A stretch of 64,000 bases of DNA, taken from Aquificaceae bacterium. GTDB taxonomy: Bacteria; Aquificota; Aquificia; Aquificales; Aquificaceae. The notes under the pieces are model-generated. The model worked only from the letters and a program-made list of their open reading frames with translations, was not told the origin of the DNA and did no database searches. Below, piece after piece: positions 1-9,306 of this stretch. Where the stretch lies: positions 32,001-96,000 of the forward strand of contig JAXSNR010000002.1 of the NCBI GenBank assembly GCA_037925075.1, written 5' to 3'. The first letter of the stretch is position 1. Each line of letters starts with the position of its first letter. The position numbers and the translations under genes are program-made.

Positions 1-343
1 TATGAAGAGGCTTAATATAACTGTATTTTGAGGCGTATTCCTCTAATATATCTTTGGTTTTATCCGTAGAATGGTCATTTATAGGTATGACTTCTATTTT
101 ATCTTTTGGATAATCTTGAAGTATAATTGCATCAAGTACATACCTTGCAACTTTCTCTTCGTTATGCATAGGAATTAACACAGAAACATAAGGCAAATCG
201 CTATCAAGAACATCATGATATGAAACCCTCTGTTCTCCCATTACTCTGTTATAAGTAAAAACAAAATGTCTTATGATATATAGAATTATTACAAAAACCA
301 GCATAACTATATAGACCTTCAGGAAAAATATTAATAGACCCAT
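1..343 (-). CDS. Family 2 glycosyltransferase, N-terminal part (YaiP/PgaC-like); runs off the window edge
   Basis: Manual translation from ATG 343: MGLLIFFLKVYIVMLVFVIILYIIRHFVF...LPYVSVLIPMHNEEKV...DYPKDKIEVIPINDHSTDKT. N-terminal TM helix followed by GT2 motifs; not in the ORF track. Confidence 0.85.
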   Translation of the reverse strand, partial: MGLLIFFLKVYIVMLVFVIILYIIRHFVFTYNRVMGEQRVSYHDVLDSDLPYVSVLIPMHNEEKVARYVLDAIILQDYPKDKIEVIPINDHSTDKTKDILEEYASKYSYIKPLH

Positions 344-1134
344 CTCCAATAAGCTATCTTCGTTGCATATTTTTCTGAAAGTATAGACAAATAAAAAGAA
401 TAAATGCTACTAATGTATATCATATCAAGCAAAGGACCTAGATTAAAAAAGAAGTTTGCCATCCATATATAAGATAGCTTATCTAAAAGATAAAGCATAG
501 CAATATATCTAACAACACCAAAAACAAAAGAATAAATAAGAGTAATAAACGTTATTAAAATGTTTAAAAAGAAAATAGCAGTGGATACATTTAAAAGGGA
601 TAAAGCAAACCCAAGAACAACAGGAATAAAGGAAAGTATACCAACCTGAATTGTCATATAAAGTAAAGAAAAGTTGTTTGATGAGTAAGGAAACTTGTAA
701 GGTACAAGATAAAAAAACAGGGAAGAACATAGGAGAACAAGGAAAAAGAATTGGACGTATATCTTTATTGGGGCTGATAATAGATTAACTTTGGGTATGT
801 ACAATATAAAAATTAAGGATATGAAAATATATATAACGGATTCGTACAAGGATGGGAACCTACCACTATATCCTATATAGTTTAGTTTAAAAAAGCTAGC
901 GACCGTTTCTTCAAGAATTCTTGCATCGTTTAGAAAATATATAGAAAAATAGGAAATCAGATGGGAAACTTCTTTGAGATTAAGAAGAAGAATTAAGCTT
1001 ATGACTACGCTGAATAAAAGTTGAATATACACAAGCGGTTTTTTTACATTTAAAATTTTCCCAAACCTTGCGTAATGTATTATCTTTTTTTCAGAATTCG
1101 CTGAAGACCCCGAATTCAACCCCATACTTTTCAT
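331..1134 (-). CDS. Polytopic membrane protein of unknown function in the glycan cassette
   Basis: 267 aa ORF with about 6-7 hydrophobic segments, overlapping both neighbours; start codon uncertain. Confidence 0.7.
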   Translation of the reverse strand: MKSMGLNSGSSANSEKKIIHYARFGKILNVKKPLVYIQLLFSVVISLILLLNLKEVSHLISYFSIYFLNDARILEETVASFFKLNYIGYSGRFPSLYESVIYIFISLIFILYIPKVNLLSAPIKIYVQFFFLVLLCSSLFFYLVPYKFPYSSNNFSLLYMTIQVGILSFIPVVLGFALSLLNVSTAIFFLNILITFITLIYSFVFGVVRYIAMLYLLDKLSYIWMANFFFNLGPLLDMIYISSIYSFYLSILSEKYATKIAYWRWVY

Positions 1135-1873
1135 AGCCCTTCTCCAGTTTAAAGTAATTAGTTCCCAAAGTTATCCCCCAGTTTTGAGTAAGCCATCTCC
1201 TGTGACTAAATTTTATTAGTAGAGAATTCTGTCTTACTTCCTCGGGAATGGCTAGGTAAGTGGCAAGGTAGGCTTGTTTGCCGTATGAGAGGTCTAAGTA
1301 GGTCCAGGAGGCTTTCTCTCTCCCAATACCTATACTGATCAAATCAGCAGAGGAACGAACGTTACCAGGTTCGCTTCTATTCAAAAAGTGCTTATAAGTT
1401 ATATTCCAGCCATCCGCATAATATGTTAGCCCTGTGGAGATTAATGTATCTCTGTGCACATCGTGGTATTTTATGTAGGAAAGTCCTACGGATGGTAGTA
1501 TATTCTTTTTGGCGCCTAACTTTATATAAACTTCACCGTCAAGCCTGAGTTGGGGAAGATATACAGAGTTTGTACCATAAGATATGGAAGTGTACGTATA
1601 GATATTTTCTGTCCAATCTTTGTAAGATGCCAAGTGCGAAAGGAGAGCTTCACCTTCCTTTCTACTGAAACCAGAAAGACCAATAATGTAAGTAAATCCC
1701 CTTATAGGACTGTGGTAAAAGGCGAGCGTGCCAGTTTTCCACTCTCCGTATAAGCTCGGGGAAAGTCTTTCGTAAGAACCAGAAAGTTCTATTCTTTTAT
1801 AGTCTTCCGCATCAGCTATGCTTGTTAACAGGAGACATAACGGAAAACTCACTAACCAAACTCTTGCACTCAT
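1091..1873 (-). CDS. YaiO-family outer-membrane beta-barrel protein
   Basis: Signal peptide ending ADA, alternating amphipathic strands rich in Y/S/G, C-terminal Phe (GVFSEF), next to a GT2 gene. Confidence 0.7.
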   Translation of the reverse strand: MSARVWLVSFPLCLLLTSIADAEDYKRIELSGSYERLSPSLYGEWKTGTLAFYHSPIRGFTYIIGLSGFSRKEGEALLSHLASYKDWTENIYTYTSISYGTNSVYLPQLRLDGEVYIKLGAKKNILPSVGLSYIKYHDVHRDTLISTGLTYYADGWNITYKHFLNRSEPGNVRSSADLISIGIGREKASWTYLDLSYGKQAYLATYLAIPEEVRQNSLLIKFSHRRWLTQNWGITLGTNYFKLEKGYEKYGVEFGVFSEF

Positions 1874-3059
1874 GCATAGCCTCCTTGCTACTTTTGGGAT
1901 ACTCCCTTATAAATTTTAAGAATTTTTCACACTTCAAGAGTGCTATTAATCTGTCGGAGGCTAATCCATCGCCGTATGGGTTTGGTAAATGTTTAAGTTT
2001 TTCTAAAAATGTTTGATTTTTATAAACCTTTTTAAAAGTTTCTACTATTTTATCCTCATCCCTGCCTACAATGAAGCCAAAGCCATACTCTATAGTTTCG
2101 TTTCTTTCTGTCACATCCCTAAGCACAAGTACTGGTTTTTTAAAGGTTGGTATCTCTTCCTGTATACCTCCGGAGTCTGTGAGTACCACATCAGCATCTC
2201 TGAGCATTAAAATAGTCTCCGGATAGGAGAGTGCTTCTGTGAGTATAAGATTTTGAGGATGCTCTTTTAACTCTTCCAAAACTATACGTCTAACCATTGG
2301 ATTTTTATGAAGAGACCATATAAATAAGGTTTCGGAGTACTCTTGGGAAAGTTTTTCAACAGCCCTGCATATGGCTCTAAGGGGCTCTCCTATGCTTTCT
2401 CTTCTGTGAGAAGTGATAAGTACCTTAGGTTGAGATTTTAATGTATCAGGATTTATATTTAACCTTCTTCCAAGAAGTTGATATATTTGTCCTTCGTCCA
2501 TCCTTTCCATTATCATATTCAAGGCATCAACCACGGTATTGCCCATAAGAAATATCCTATCTTCTCTTTTGCCTTCTTGTAGAAGTTTTGAGTACGCTCT
2601 AAAGGTTGGTGCTATATATATATCAGATAGCTCATCAGTAAGCACTCTAAACATCTCCTCAGGAAAAGGTGAATATTTATCTTCACTTCTCAATCCGGCT
2701 TCAATGTGAATTACAGGAATTTTTTCCATAAAAGCAACGAAGGAAGTAACGTATGTGGTAAGCGTATCGCCTTGTACCAAAACAAGCTTTGGGTTTTCTT
2801 TTTCTATTACATCTCTTAATTTCCTACTTATGCATTCGGAATTTTGTAGAAGGTCAGAGTTAGAGCAACCTAAATTGTAATCAAGTTTTATATCAAACAG
2901 CTCTAATAGGTTCTCAATAAGCTCCTTATGTTGGCCACTTGCTACAATTTTAATGTTCCATTCCTTTGATTTTTCTAGCTTCTTTATGACTGGAGCAAGT
3001 TTTATCAATTCTGGACGTGTGCCAAAAGATACAAGTATTGTATACCTTTTGTCTGTCAT
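1812..3059 (-). CDS. wecB: Non-hydrolysing UDP-N-acetylglucosamine 2-epimerase
   Basis: GTRPELIKLAP, SGQH, VQGDT, HIEAGLRS, SPFPEE, TDSGGIQEE, NPYGDG motifs; ATG 3059 preferred over TTG 3068. Confidence 0.93.
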   Translation of the reverse strand: MTDKRYTILVSFGTRPELIKLAPVIKKLEKSKEWNIKIVASGQHKELIENLLELFDIKLDYNLGCSNSDLLQNSECISRKLRDVIEKENPKLVLVQGDTLTTYVTSFVAFMEKIPVIHIEAGLRSEDKYSPFPEEMFRVLTDELSDIYIAPTFRAYSKLLQEGKREDRIFLMGNTVVDALNMIMERMDEGQIYQLLGRRLNINPDTLKSQPKVLITSHRRESIGEPLRAICRAVEKLSQEYSETLFIWSLHKNPMVRRIVLEELKEHPQNLILTEALSYPETILMLRDADVVLTDSGGIQEEIPTFKKPVLVLRDVTERNETIEYGFGFIVGRDEDKIVETFKKVYKNQTFLEKLKHLPNPYGDGLASDRLIALLKCEKFLKFIREYPKSSKEAMHECKSLVSEFSVMSPVNKHS

Positions 3060-3139
3060 AAGCGTCAATATTATAAAACAATATGCGAAAAAGCTTTTAG
3101 GTTATCTTTTTCTAAATTATCTCACCTATTAACGTAACC

Positions 3140-3997
3140 TCATCCGCTTAAAGGTGGCCCTATCCTTACTAGCCCCAGCTCCGTTATCTCCATATAGTGT
3201 GTTCTTGTATCATGCCCGCAAAGCCTGCAACCGTCTATGCGAAAGAGCCTAACAATCTCCCCTATGGGCCTTTTGTAAAACCTTGATTGAGCTTGTGTAA
3301 GGATAAGGTCTTTGGAAAGCACCATAGAGCAATCCACTATGTGGCTTATGGCGTATCCACCCGCCGCCTCCGCTGTAAGCTCTTCGTGTCCGCTTCTCTT
3401 TTGAGAAACAAATATAGCTGTCTGGTACCACTTTTTCATAAAGTTAAAGAGCTGACGCACCACAATTCTTGCCTGCATTTCTTTTGCTTCGTAAAGCCCG
3501 GTGATTGAGTCTATGACCACATGCCTAACCTTGTAAGTTTTTATCACATGGGCTAAGGTAGCCAAAAGGTCTGGTATGTTTTCCCTCAATCTACTATGGC
3601 TTGCAGCGTCTATGAGAACAATCCTGTTTTCTATACTTTCAAAATCAACACCCATAGCCTTTGCCCTTTCCCTGATGCCTGCTATGGTAAAGTGTGCAAG
3701 AGATTCCACCGTTACAAAGGCCACCGCCTCTCCTCTGCTTGCCTGCTTTACCGCGTACTGCTCCGCCATAAGGCTTTTGCCCGTGTCGGAAACCCCCGTT
3801 ATGTTAACCACCGAGTAGGCGGGTATGCCACCAAGGGGCTTTCTTACTGGCTTTCCATCCTGAACTTCGGAGGTGAAAAAGAGCTCATCAAGACCCTCAA
3901 CACCTGTAGGCACACCGTAGAGCTTTGGAGCCTTCTTTATGGCTTCTCCCGCAATCCAAATACTTTCCTCTACCACCTCTGGTTTTCTTTCTTCCAT
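3140..3997 (-). CDS. Single-domain KaiC-like RecA-fold ATPase (thermophile AF_0795-like)
   Basis: GVPTGVEGLDELF, Walker A GVSDTGKS, Walker B VVIDSIT, HIVD; probable start ATG 3997. Confidence 0.8.
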   Translation of the reverse strand: MEERKPEVVEESIWIAGEAIKKAPKLYGVPTGVEGLDELFFTSEVQDGKPVRKPLGGIPAYSVVNITGVSDTGKSLMAEQYAVKQASRGEAVAFVTVESLAHFTIAGIRERAKAMGVDFESIENRIVLIDAASHSRLRENIPDLLATLAHVIKTYKVRHVVIDSITGLYEAKEMQARIVVRQLFNFMKKWYQTAIFVSQKRSGHEELTAEAAGGYAISHIVDCSMVLSKDLILTQAQSRFYKRPIGEIVRLFRIDGCRLCGHDTRTHYMEITELGLVRIGPPLSG

Positions 3998-4016
3998 CGG
4001 AATAAATTTTATCAAC

Positions 4017-5327
4017 ATGAAATACTTCATAAAGACCTTTGGATGTCAGATGAACTTTAACGACTCAGAAAGGCTCAGGGGCATACTGCAGAGCATGGGC
4101 TACGAGCCTGCTCAGAGTTGGGAAGAGGCGGAGCTCATCCTTATAAACACATGCACCATAAGGGAAAAGCCAGACCAAAAGGTTTATTCGCATCTGGGTG
4201 AATACAAAAAGATAAAGGAGAAAAACCCGAGGGCTCTTATAGGAGTTTGCGGGTGCCTTGCCCAGAGGATGGGAGAAGAGCTGGTGCAAAAGGCTCCAGT
4301 AGTGGACCTTATGTTTTCTAGCTTTAACATGCACCAACTACCTGAACTGGTCCAACAAGCTCAAGCGGGCTACAAAGCCATAGCCATCCTTGAAAGCCCA
4401 CCAGAAGACGAGGACAAGCTTTGGGAGTATCCCACCGTTAGGGATAACCAGTTTTGTGCCTATGTAACCGTGATGAAGGGATGTGATAAGAACTGTGCCT
4501 ACTGCGTGGTGCCAAGGACAAGGGGAAGGCAAAGGTCAAGAAGTCTTGAAAATATACTTTCAGAGGTTAAAAGCCTTGTGGCGGATGGAGTAAGGGAGAT
4601 ACACCTTTTAGGTCAAAATGTGACCGCATGGGGTCAGGACTTAGGTATTCCCTTTGAGGAGCTTCTCTACAGAGTTGCAGAGGTGCAGGGCGTGGAAAGG
4701 ATAAGGTTTACAACTGGACATCCAAAAGACCTGACGGAAAACATAGCAAAAGCCATGGGGGATTTGCCCCAAGTTTGCGAGCATATACACCTTCCTGTAC
4801 AATCGGGCTCTACAAGGATTCTTAAGCTAATGGACAGAGGCTACACAAAGGAGGAGTACTTAGAAAAGATTGATATGTTAAGGCACTACGTGAAGGGTAT
4901 AACCTTTTCTACGGACATAATAGTGGGCTTTCCCACAGAGACGGAAGAAGATTTTGAGGAGACCCTTGATGTGCTACAGAAGGTAAGGTTCGAGCAAGTC
5001 TTTTCCTTTAAGTACTCTCCAAGACCTGATACGCCTGCCTATTCCATGGAGGGGCAAGTGCCTGATGAGGTAAAAACTCAAAGGATGTCAAGGCTTTTGG
5101 AACTGCAAAAAAGAATACTTTCAGATATGGCCGAATCCTACGAAGGCACAGAGCAAGAAGTACTTATTGAAGGTTATGAGAATGGAAGACTAACAGGTAG
5201 AACAAGAACGAACCGATGGGCAAGCCTTGAGGGAGATGAGAGCCTTCTTGGAAAGCTTTTAAGGGTAAAGGTGGTAAGCTCAAAACCCTTTAGTATGGAG
5301 TGTAAGCTTCTTGAGGTGCTAAGGTAG
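4017..5327 (+). CDS. miaB: tRNA-i6A37 methylthiotransferase
   Basis: TFGCQMN, INTCTIREKP, radical SAM CDKNCAYC, C-terminal TRAM region; ATG 4017. Confidence 0.95.
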   Translation: MKYFIKTFGCQMNFNDSERLRGILQSMGYEPAQSWEEAELILINTCTIREKPDQKVYSHLGEYKKIKEKNPRALIGVCGCLAQRMGEELVQKAPVVDLMFSSFNMHQLPELVQQAQAGYKAIAILESPPEDEDKLWEYPTVRDNQFCAYVTVMKGCDKNCAYCVVPRTRGRQRSRSLENILSEVKSLVADGVREIHLLGQNVTAWGQDLGIPFEELLYRVAEVQGVERIRFTTGHPKDLTENIAKAMGDLPQVCEHIHLPVQSGSTRILKLMDRGYTKEEYLEKIDMLRHYVKGITFSTDIIVGFPTETEEDFEETLDVLQKVRFEQVFSFKYSPRPDTPAYSMEGQVPDEVKTQRMSRLLELQKRILSDMAESYEGTEQEVLIEGYENGRLTGRTRTNRWASLEGDESLLGKLLRVKVVSSKPFSMECKLLEVLR

Positions 5328-5379
5328 GGGTGTTGCTACAGGCTTGAGGGAGGAGTAAATTTATAAATGGAGGTTTGCT

Positions 5380-5862
5380 ATGATTGAGATGGTAGTGCAT
5401 GGAGTCACCCTTGATCCAGTGTCCCAGATGCCCATAGTGGTGCTTAGGGCAAAGGATAATGAGGAAGTGCTTTTGCCTATATGGATAGGTATCTTTGAGG
5501 CGGACAGCATTGTGCGTCAACTTCAGAAGGTAGAACCTCCAAGACCAATGACCTACGAACTTACAAAAAGCATAATAGAGAATATGGGGGCAAGGTTAGA
5601 AAAGGTGGTCATAAGCGACCTAAAGGATAGTACTTACTATGCGGAGCTTCACATTCTTCATGGGAACAACCTTATAGTTATAGATTCAAGACCAAGCGAT
5701 GCAATAAACCTTGCCTTAAGGTTTGATGTTCCCGTGTTTGTAGAAGAAGAGGTGCTTGAAAAGTCTAAAGTGCCAAAGCCTGAGGAAGATGAAGAAAAGG
5801 AAAAACTCAAGGAATGGCTTGAGAACATAAAACCAGAAGACTTTGAAAAGGGGTTAAGCTAA
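5380..5862 (+). CDS. Bifunctional nuclease (DUF151) family protein
   Basis: LPIWIGIFEA, PRPMTYEL, IDSRPSDAINLALR; SD GGAGG upstream. Confidence 0.88.
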   Translation: MIEMVVHGVTLDPVSQMPIVVLRAKDNEEVLLPIWIGIFEADSIVRQLQKVEPPRPMTYELTKSIIENMGARLEKVVISDLKDSTYYAELHILHGNNLIVIDSRPSDAINLALRFDVPVFVEEEVLEKSKVPKPEEDEEKEKLKEWLENIKPEDFEKGLS

Positions 5863-6282
5863 AGCCACCTTTTTTAGACACTCCGTCATAAGCTCCTTTG
5901 GTGGGCTTCCCACATCTAATGCAGGCTCCACCGCTACAAGGTCTTGCTTTTTCAGGTTATCATACAGAAGCTTAAAAACCTTCTCAAGGCCCTCTTTGAA
6001 ACCAAGCCCCTCTTTGAATATGTAAAGCTCCATATCCTCGCGGTAGCCCATAAGGTGGTAGTTTTGTAGGTTTTCTATCTTTTCATCAAAACCTATGGCA
6101 TAAGCCATGCCGTACTCTATCGCAAGCTTTGCGGGTGCGTACTCGGACGCATAGCATTCCATCTCCACAGGGTTTAAAGGCTTATCCTCTGGCAAGGCAA
6201 CCACATAGACTGCGGAAACCTTTTCTTTTTTGCCGTCCTGATAGTACCCCAAAAGTTCTATGTAATATACCCAGGACCTCAT
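5854..6282 (-). CDS. Hypothetical protein
   Basis: 142 aa ORF whose start overlaps the stop of the upstream gene (ATGA); no motif recognised. Confidence 0.65.
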   Translation of the reverse strand: MRSWVYYIELLGYYQDGKKEKVSAVYVVALPEDKPLNPVEMECYASEYAPAKLAIEYGMAYAIGFDEKIENLQNYHLMGYREDMELYIFKEGLGFKEGLEKVFKLLYDNLKKQDLVAVEPALDVGSPPKELMTECLKKVALA

Positions 6283-6923
6283 ATTCTACCTAAAAGGTAA
6301 TTCCAAAAGAAAAGGATGGGGGGAAATATGATTTTTCCTATAACTCCTGTAAAGAGAAGGAGGGTTATTATCAAAAAGCCGTACATCTCAAACCTGTAGA
6401 AAAGCTCCCAGTACCTTACTGAGAAAAAGCTCATAACAGCCCTGCTACCATCAAGGGGTGGTATGGGAATGGCGTTGAAGAAGGCAAGCACAAGGTTTAT
6501 CAAAACGGCATTTGCGGAGAATAGGGCGAGGGGTACAAGCACCGCATCGCCAAGAAAGTTAAGATAGCCTTCTCTTATCAGTCTGTAAAGAAGGGAAAAC
6601 AAAAGGGCAAGCCCTATGTTCATCACTATACCCGCTATGGAAACAAAAAAGGTTCCCACTCTGAGGTCTCTAAATCTGAGAGGGTTTATTGGCACAGGCT
6701 TTGCCCAGCCGAAGAGCACTGGAGAGCCTATCAGCATAAGCATACCCGGAAGTATTAGAGTTCCAAAAAGATCTATGTGGGGTATAGGGTTTAGGGTTAG
6801 CCTGCCAAACTCTTTGGCGGTTGGGTCTCCCATCTTGTACGCGGTCCAGCCATGAGCGTATTCATGAAGTATAACAGCCATCATAAGGGCGGGAAGAGCC
6901 ACCACTGCGTTCTGTATATCCAT
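6279..6923 (-). CDS. Site-2 protease (M50) family membrane metalloprotease
   Basis: HEYAH and NAIPIPPLDG motifs, multiple TM segments. Confidence 0.9.
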   Translation of the reverse strand: MDIQNAVVALPALMMAVILHEYAHGWTAYKMGDPTAKEFGRLTLNPIPHIDLFGTLILPGMLMLIGSPVLFGWAKPVPINPLRFRDLRVGTFFVSIAGIVMNIGLALLFSLLYRLIREGYLNFLGDAVLVPLALFSANAVLINLVLAFFNAIPIPPLDGSRAVMSFFSVRYWELFYRFEMYGFLIITLLLFTGVIGKIIFPPILFFWNYLLGRI

Positions 6924-8629
6924 CAGTATTTCCTTTCTGCGGGTTGATGATGGGTTATTTTTACATCTATGTATTCTATCTTGAGCTTATCCCCCTCCTG
7001 CCAAACAAGGGTATGTTTTAGAAAGTTTTCATCGTCCCTTTCTGGGTAGTCTTCCCTGTAATGCCCGCCCCTTGACTCTTTTCTGTGAAGGGCACAGTGG
7101 GCAACAGCCCTCGCAAGGTAAAGCATGTTCCTGAGTTCAAGAAGCTCTATAAGGTTTGTGTTAAATACTTTGCTTTTATCCACCAAGGGGACGTGGTTCC
7201 ATCTTTCAATCAGTTCAGAAAGCTCTTCGTAGGCAGAGGTGAGAGATTTTTCATCCCTAAAAATACCCATCTTCTCCCAGGTTATCTCACCCATCTTCCT
7301 TCTTATGTCCGCAAGCTTTTCATAACCTTCCCTTTTCATAAGGCTTTCTATAAACTCTTTGCCCTTTATCTCCTCATCGGGTGAAAAGTCAAGGAAATCC
7401 ACCTGCTTTGCGTATTCCCTTGCGGATATTCCACAGAATTTGCCAAAAACGAGTAGTTCTATTAGGGAGTTTCCTCCAAGCCTGTTGGCACCATGCACAG
7501 ACACGCAGGCGCATTCACCTACCGCATACAGACCCTCAAGGGGTGTGGAAGAGGTCATATAGTTTTCTACATGAATGCCACCCATACAGTAGTGGGCGGT
7601 TGGCCTTATGGGTACGGGGTCATATACTGGGTCCACACCTTCAAAGTCTATGGCAAGCTGACGCACCTGAGGAAGCCTTTCCTTTATCTTTTTCTCTCCC
7701 AGGTGCCTAAGGTCCAAAAGCACATAGGCGGATGTGCCTTCTCCAAAGCCTCTACCCTCTCTTATCTCATATTCAATAGCCCTTGAAACCATATCGCGAG
7801 GGGCAAGCTCCATTTTTTCCGGTGCGTACCTTGACATAAAGCGTTCACCCAGCTTGTTTATAAGGTATCCGCCTTCTCCACGACAGGCTTCTGATAGCAA
7901 TATGCCTGTCTTTGCAAGACCTGTGGGATGGAACTGGATAAACTCTATGTCTTTTAGGGGGAGGCCGTTAAGCAAGGCTACTGCCACTCCATCACCCGTA
8001 TTTCCTACCGCGTTGGTACTTCTCTGCCAGTATATGCGCGCAAAACCACCCGTGGCAAGGACCACAGCCTTTGCCCTTAGGTTTATCACTTCACCGTTTT
8101 TTATGTCGTATATGGAAACGCCTTTGACCCTTTTTCCATCGTGAATAAGGTCAAGGAGGAAAAACTCGTTGAAAAAGTCTATGTTTTCCCTTGCTAGAGC
8201 TTGTTCAAAGAGTGTATGCAAAAGCACATGCCCAGTCCTGTCCGCGGAATATACGGTCCTTGGAAAGGATGCACCGCCGAAAGGTCTTTGGGCAATCCTG
8301 CCGTCCTCCATCCTTGAGAAGGGAACACCCCAACGGTCAAGCTCATGGACCACTTCAGGTGCATGCTTGCACATAAAATAGACTGCATCTTGATCCGCGA
8401 GGAAGTCTGAGCCCTTTATAGTATCAAAGGCGTGAGCCTCTGGACTGTCTTGAGGGACCGCATTCCCCAAGGCTGCGTTTAGACCTCCCTGTGCTGCACC
8501 TGTGTGTGAGCGTGTGGGATAGACCTTAGAAACCACCGCAACCCTTATGGATGGGTCCCTTGCACACTCTATGGCGGTGCGAAGCCCAGCACCACCAGCA
8601 CCAACAACCACCACATGGTAACTTCTCAT
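6923..8629 (-). CDS. frdA: Fumarate reductase/succinate dehydrogenase flavoprotein subunit
   Basis: GAGGAG, covalent-FAD RSHTGAAQGG, QFHPTG, HYCMGG, HGANRLGGNSL, ESRGGHYREDYP. Confidence 0.92.
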   Translation of the reverse strand: MRSYHVVVVGAGGAGLRTAIECARDPSIRVAVVSKVYPTRSHTGAAQGGLNAALGNAVPQDSPEAHAFDTIKGSDFLADQDAVYFMCKHAPEVVHELDRWGVPFSRMEDGRIAQRPFGGASFPRTVYSADRTGHVLLHTLFEQALARENIDFFNEFFLLDLIHDGKRVKGVSIYDIKNGEVINLRAKAVVLATGGFARIYWQRSTNAVGNTGDGVAVALLNGLPLKDIEFIQFHPTGLAKTGILLSEACRGEGGYLINKLGERFMSRYAPEKMELAPRDMVSRAIEYEIREGRGFGEGTSAYVLLDLRHLGEKKIKERLPQVRQLAIDFEGVDPVYDPVPIRPTAHYCMGGIHVENYMTSSTPLEGLYAVGECACVSVHGANRLGGNSLIELLVFGKFCGISAREYAKQVDFLDFSPDEEIKGKEFIESLMKREGYEKLADIRRKMGEITWEKMGIFRDEKSLTSAYEELSELIERWNHVPLVDKSKVFNTNLIELLELRNMLYLARAVAHCALHRKESRGGHYREDYPERDDENFLKHTLVWQEGDKLKIEYIDVKITHHQPAERKY

Positions 8630-8645
8630 GGCTTTAAATTTTAAC

Positions 8646-9302
8646 CTATATTATCTTCAGTACATAGAAGGTGAGTACAAGACAGGCTATAAATATGACA
8701 AGTCCATAGGTTTTGTAGAGCCATGTATGGGTCCTATAAAAGCCTGTATCTACCTGTCTTATAGTTCTGTAGAAGTTAAACATGCCAAGCATAAGGGTAA
8801 GCAAGCCTACCGCTATAACAAATACGCCTATTCCCACAAGTTGGTGATGTTCCTGTGAGAGGTGAAGGTTAAAGACCTTTTCAAGCTGGACAAGAAAAAA
8901 CTCAAACTTTTCTATGACAAAGCCGAAGACTATGAGAGCTATGGATGTCCTTACCCAAGCAAGAAAGGTTCTTTCCGCTGCCATGTAGATCCTTGGGTCT
9001 ATAACTTCCTTGGGACTCACAGAAATGCCTCCATCTAAGTATTTTATGTCAAAGTAAAAGATGAGAACACCTACAAGAAGTACAATAACTCCACCTAGGG
9101 CTGAAGTCTTTGCGACCAGGTCAATAAGCACGGAGATATGTATCTTCTGGCTTATGATTGCAAGCGTCTCAAGCTTTCTAAGCACCACGCCAAAGGACAG
9201 TATGTAAAGGGCAAGCCTTATGTAGCCTAAGTAGGTTCGTTCTACGGACATGTATATACGGGCGTCCCTTGCGGAAGGGAGCTTATCCCTTAGTATCAAC
9301 AT
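8646..9302 (-). CDS. Membrane protein with two DUF202 (YidH-like) domains
   Basis: Repeated RIYMSVERTYLGYIR / RIYMAAERTFLAWVRT, each followed by TM helices; probable start ATG 9302. Confidence 0.8.
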   Translation of the reverse strand: MLILRDKLPSARDARIYMSVERTYLGYIRLALYILSFGVVLRKLETLAIISQKIHISVLIDLVAKTSALGGVIVLLVGVLIFYFDIKYLDGGISVSPKEVIDPRIYMAAERTFLAWVRTSIALIVFGFVIEKFEFFLVQLEKVFNLHLSQEHHQLVGIGVFVIAVGLLTLMLGMFNFYRTIRQVDTGFYRTHTWLYKTYGLVIFIACLVLTFYVLKII

Positions 9303-9306
9303 AATC

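Noticed and set aside
3939..4030. Apparent 5' overlap of the kaiC-like and miaB ORFs, both showing MKYF
   Set aside because: Caused by a chance near-palindrome (ATGAAATACTTCAT) and over-extended starts; the real starts 3997 and 4017 do not overlap.
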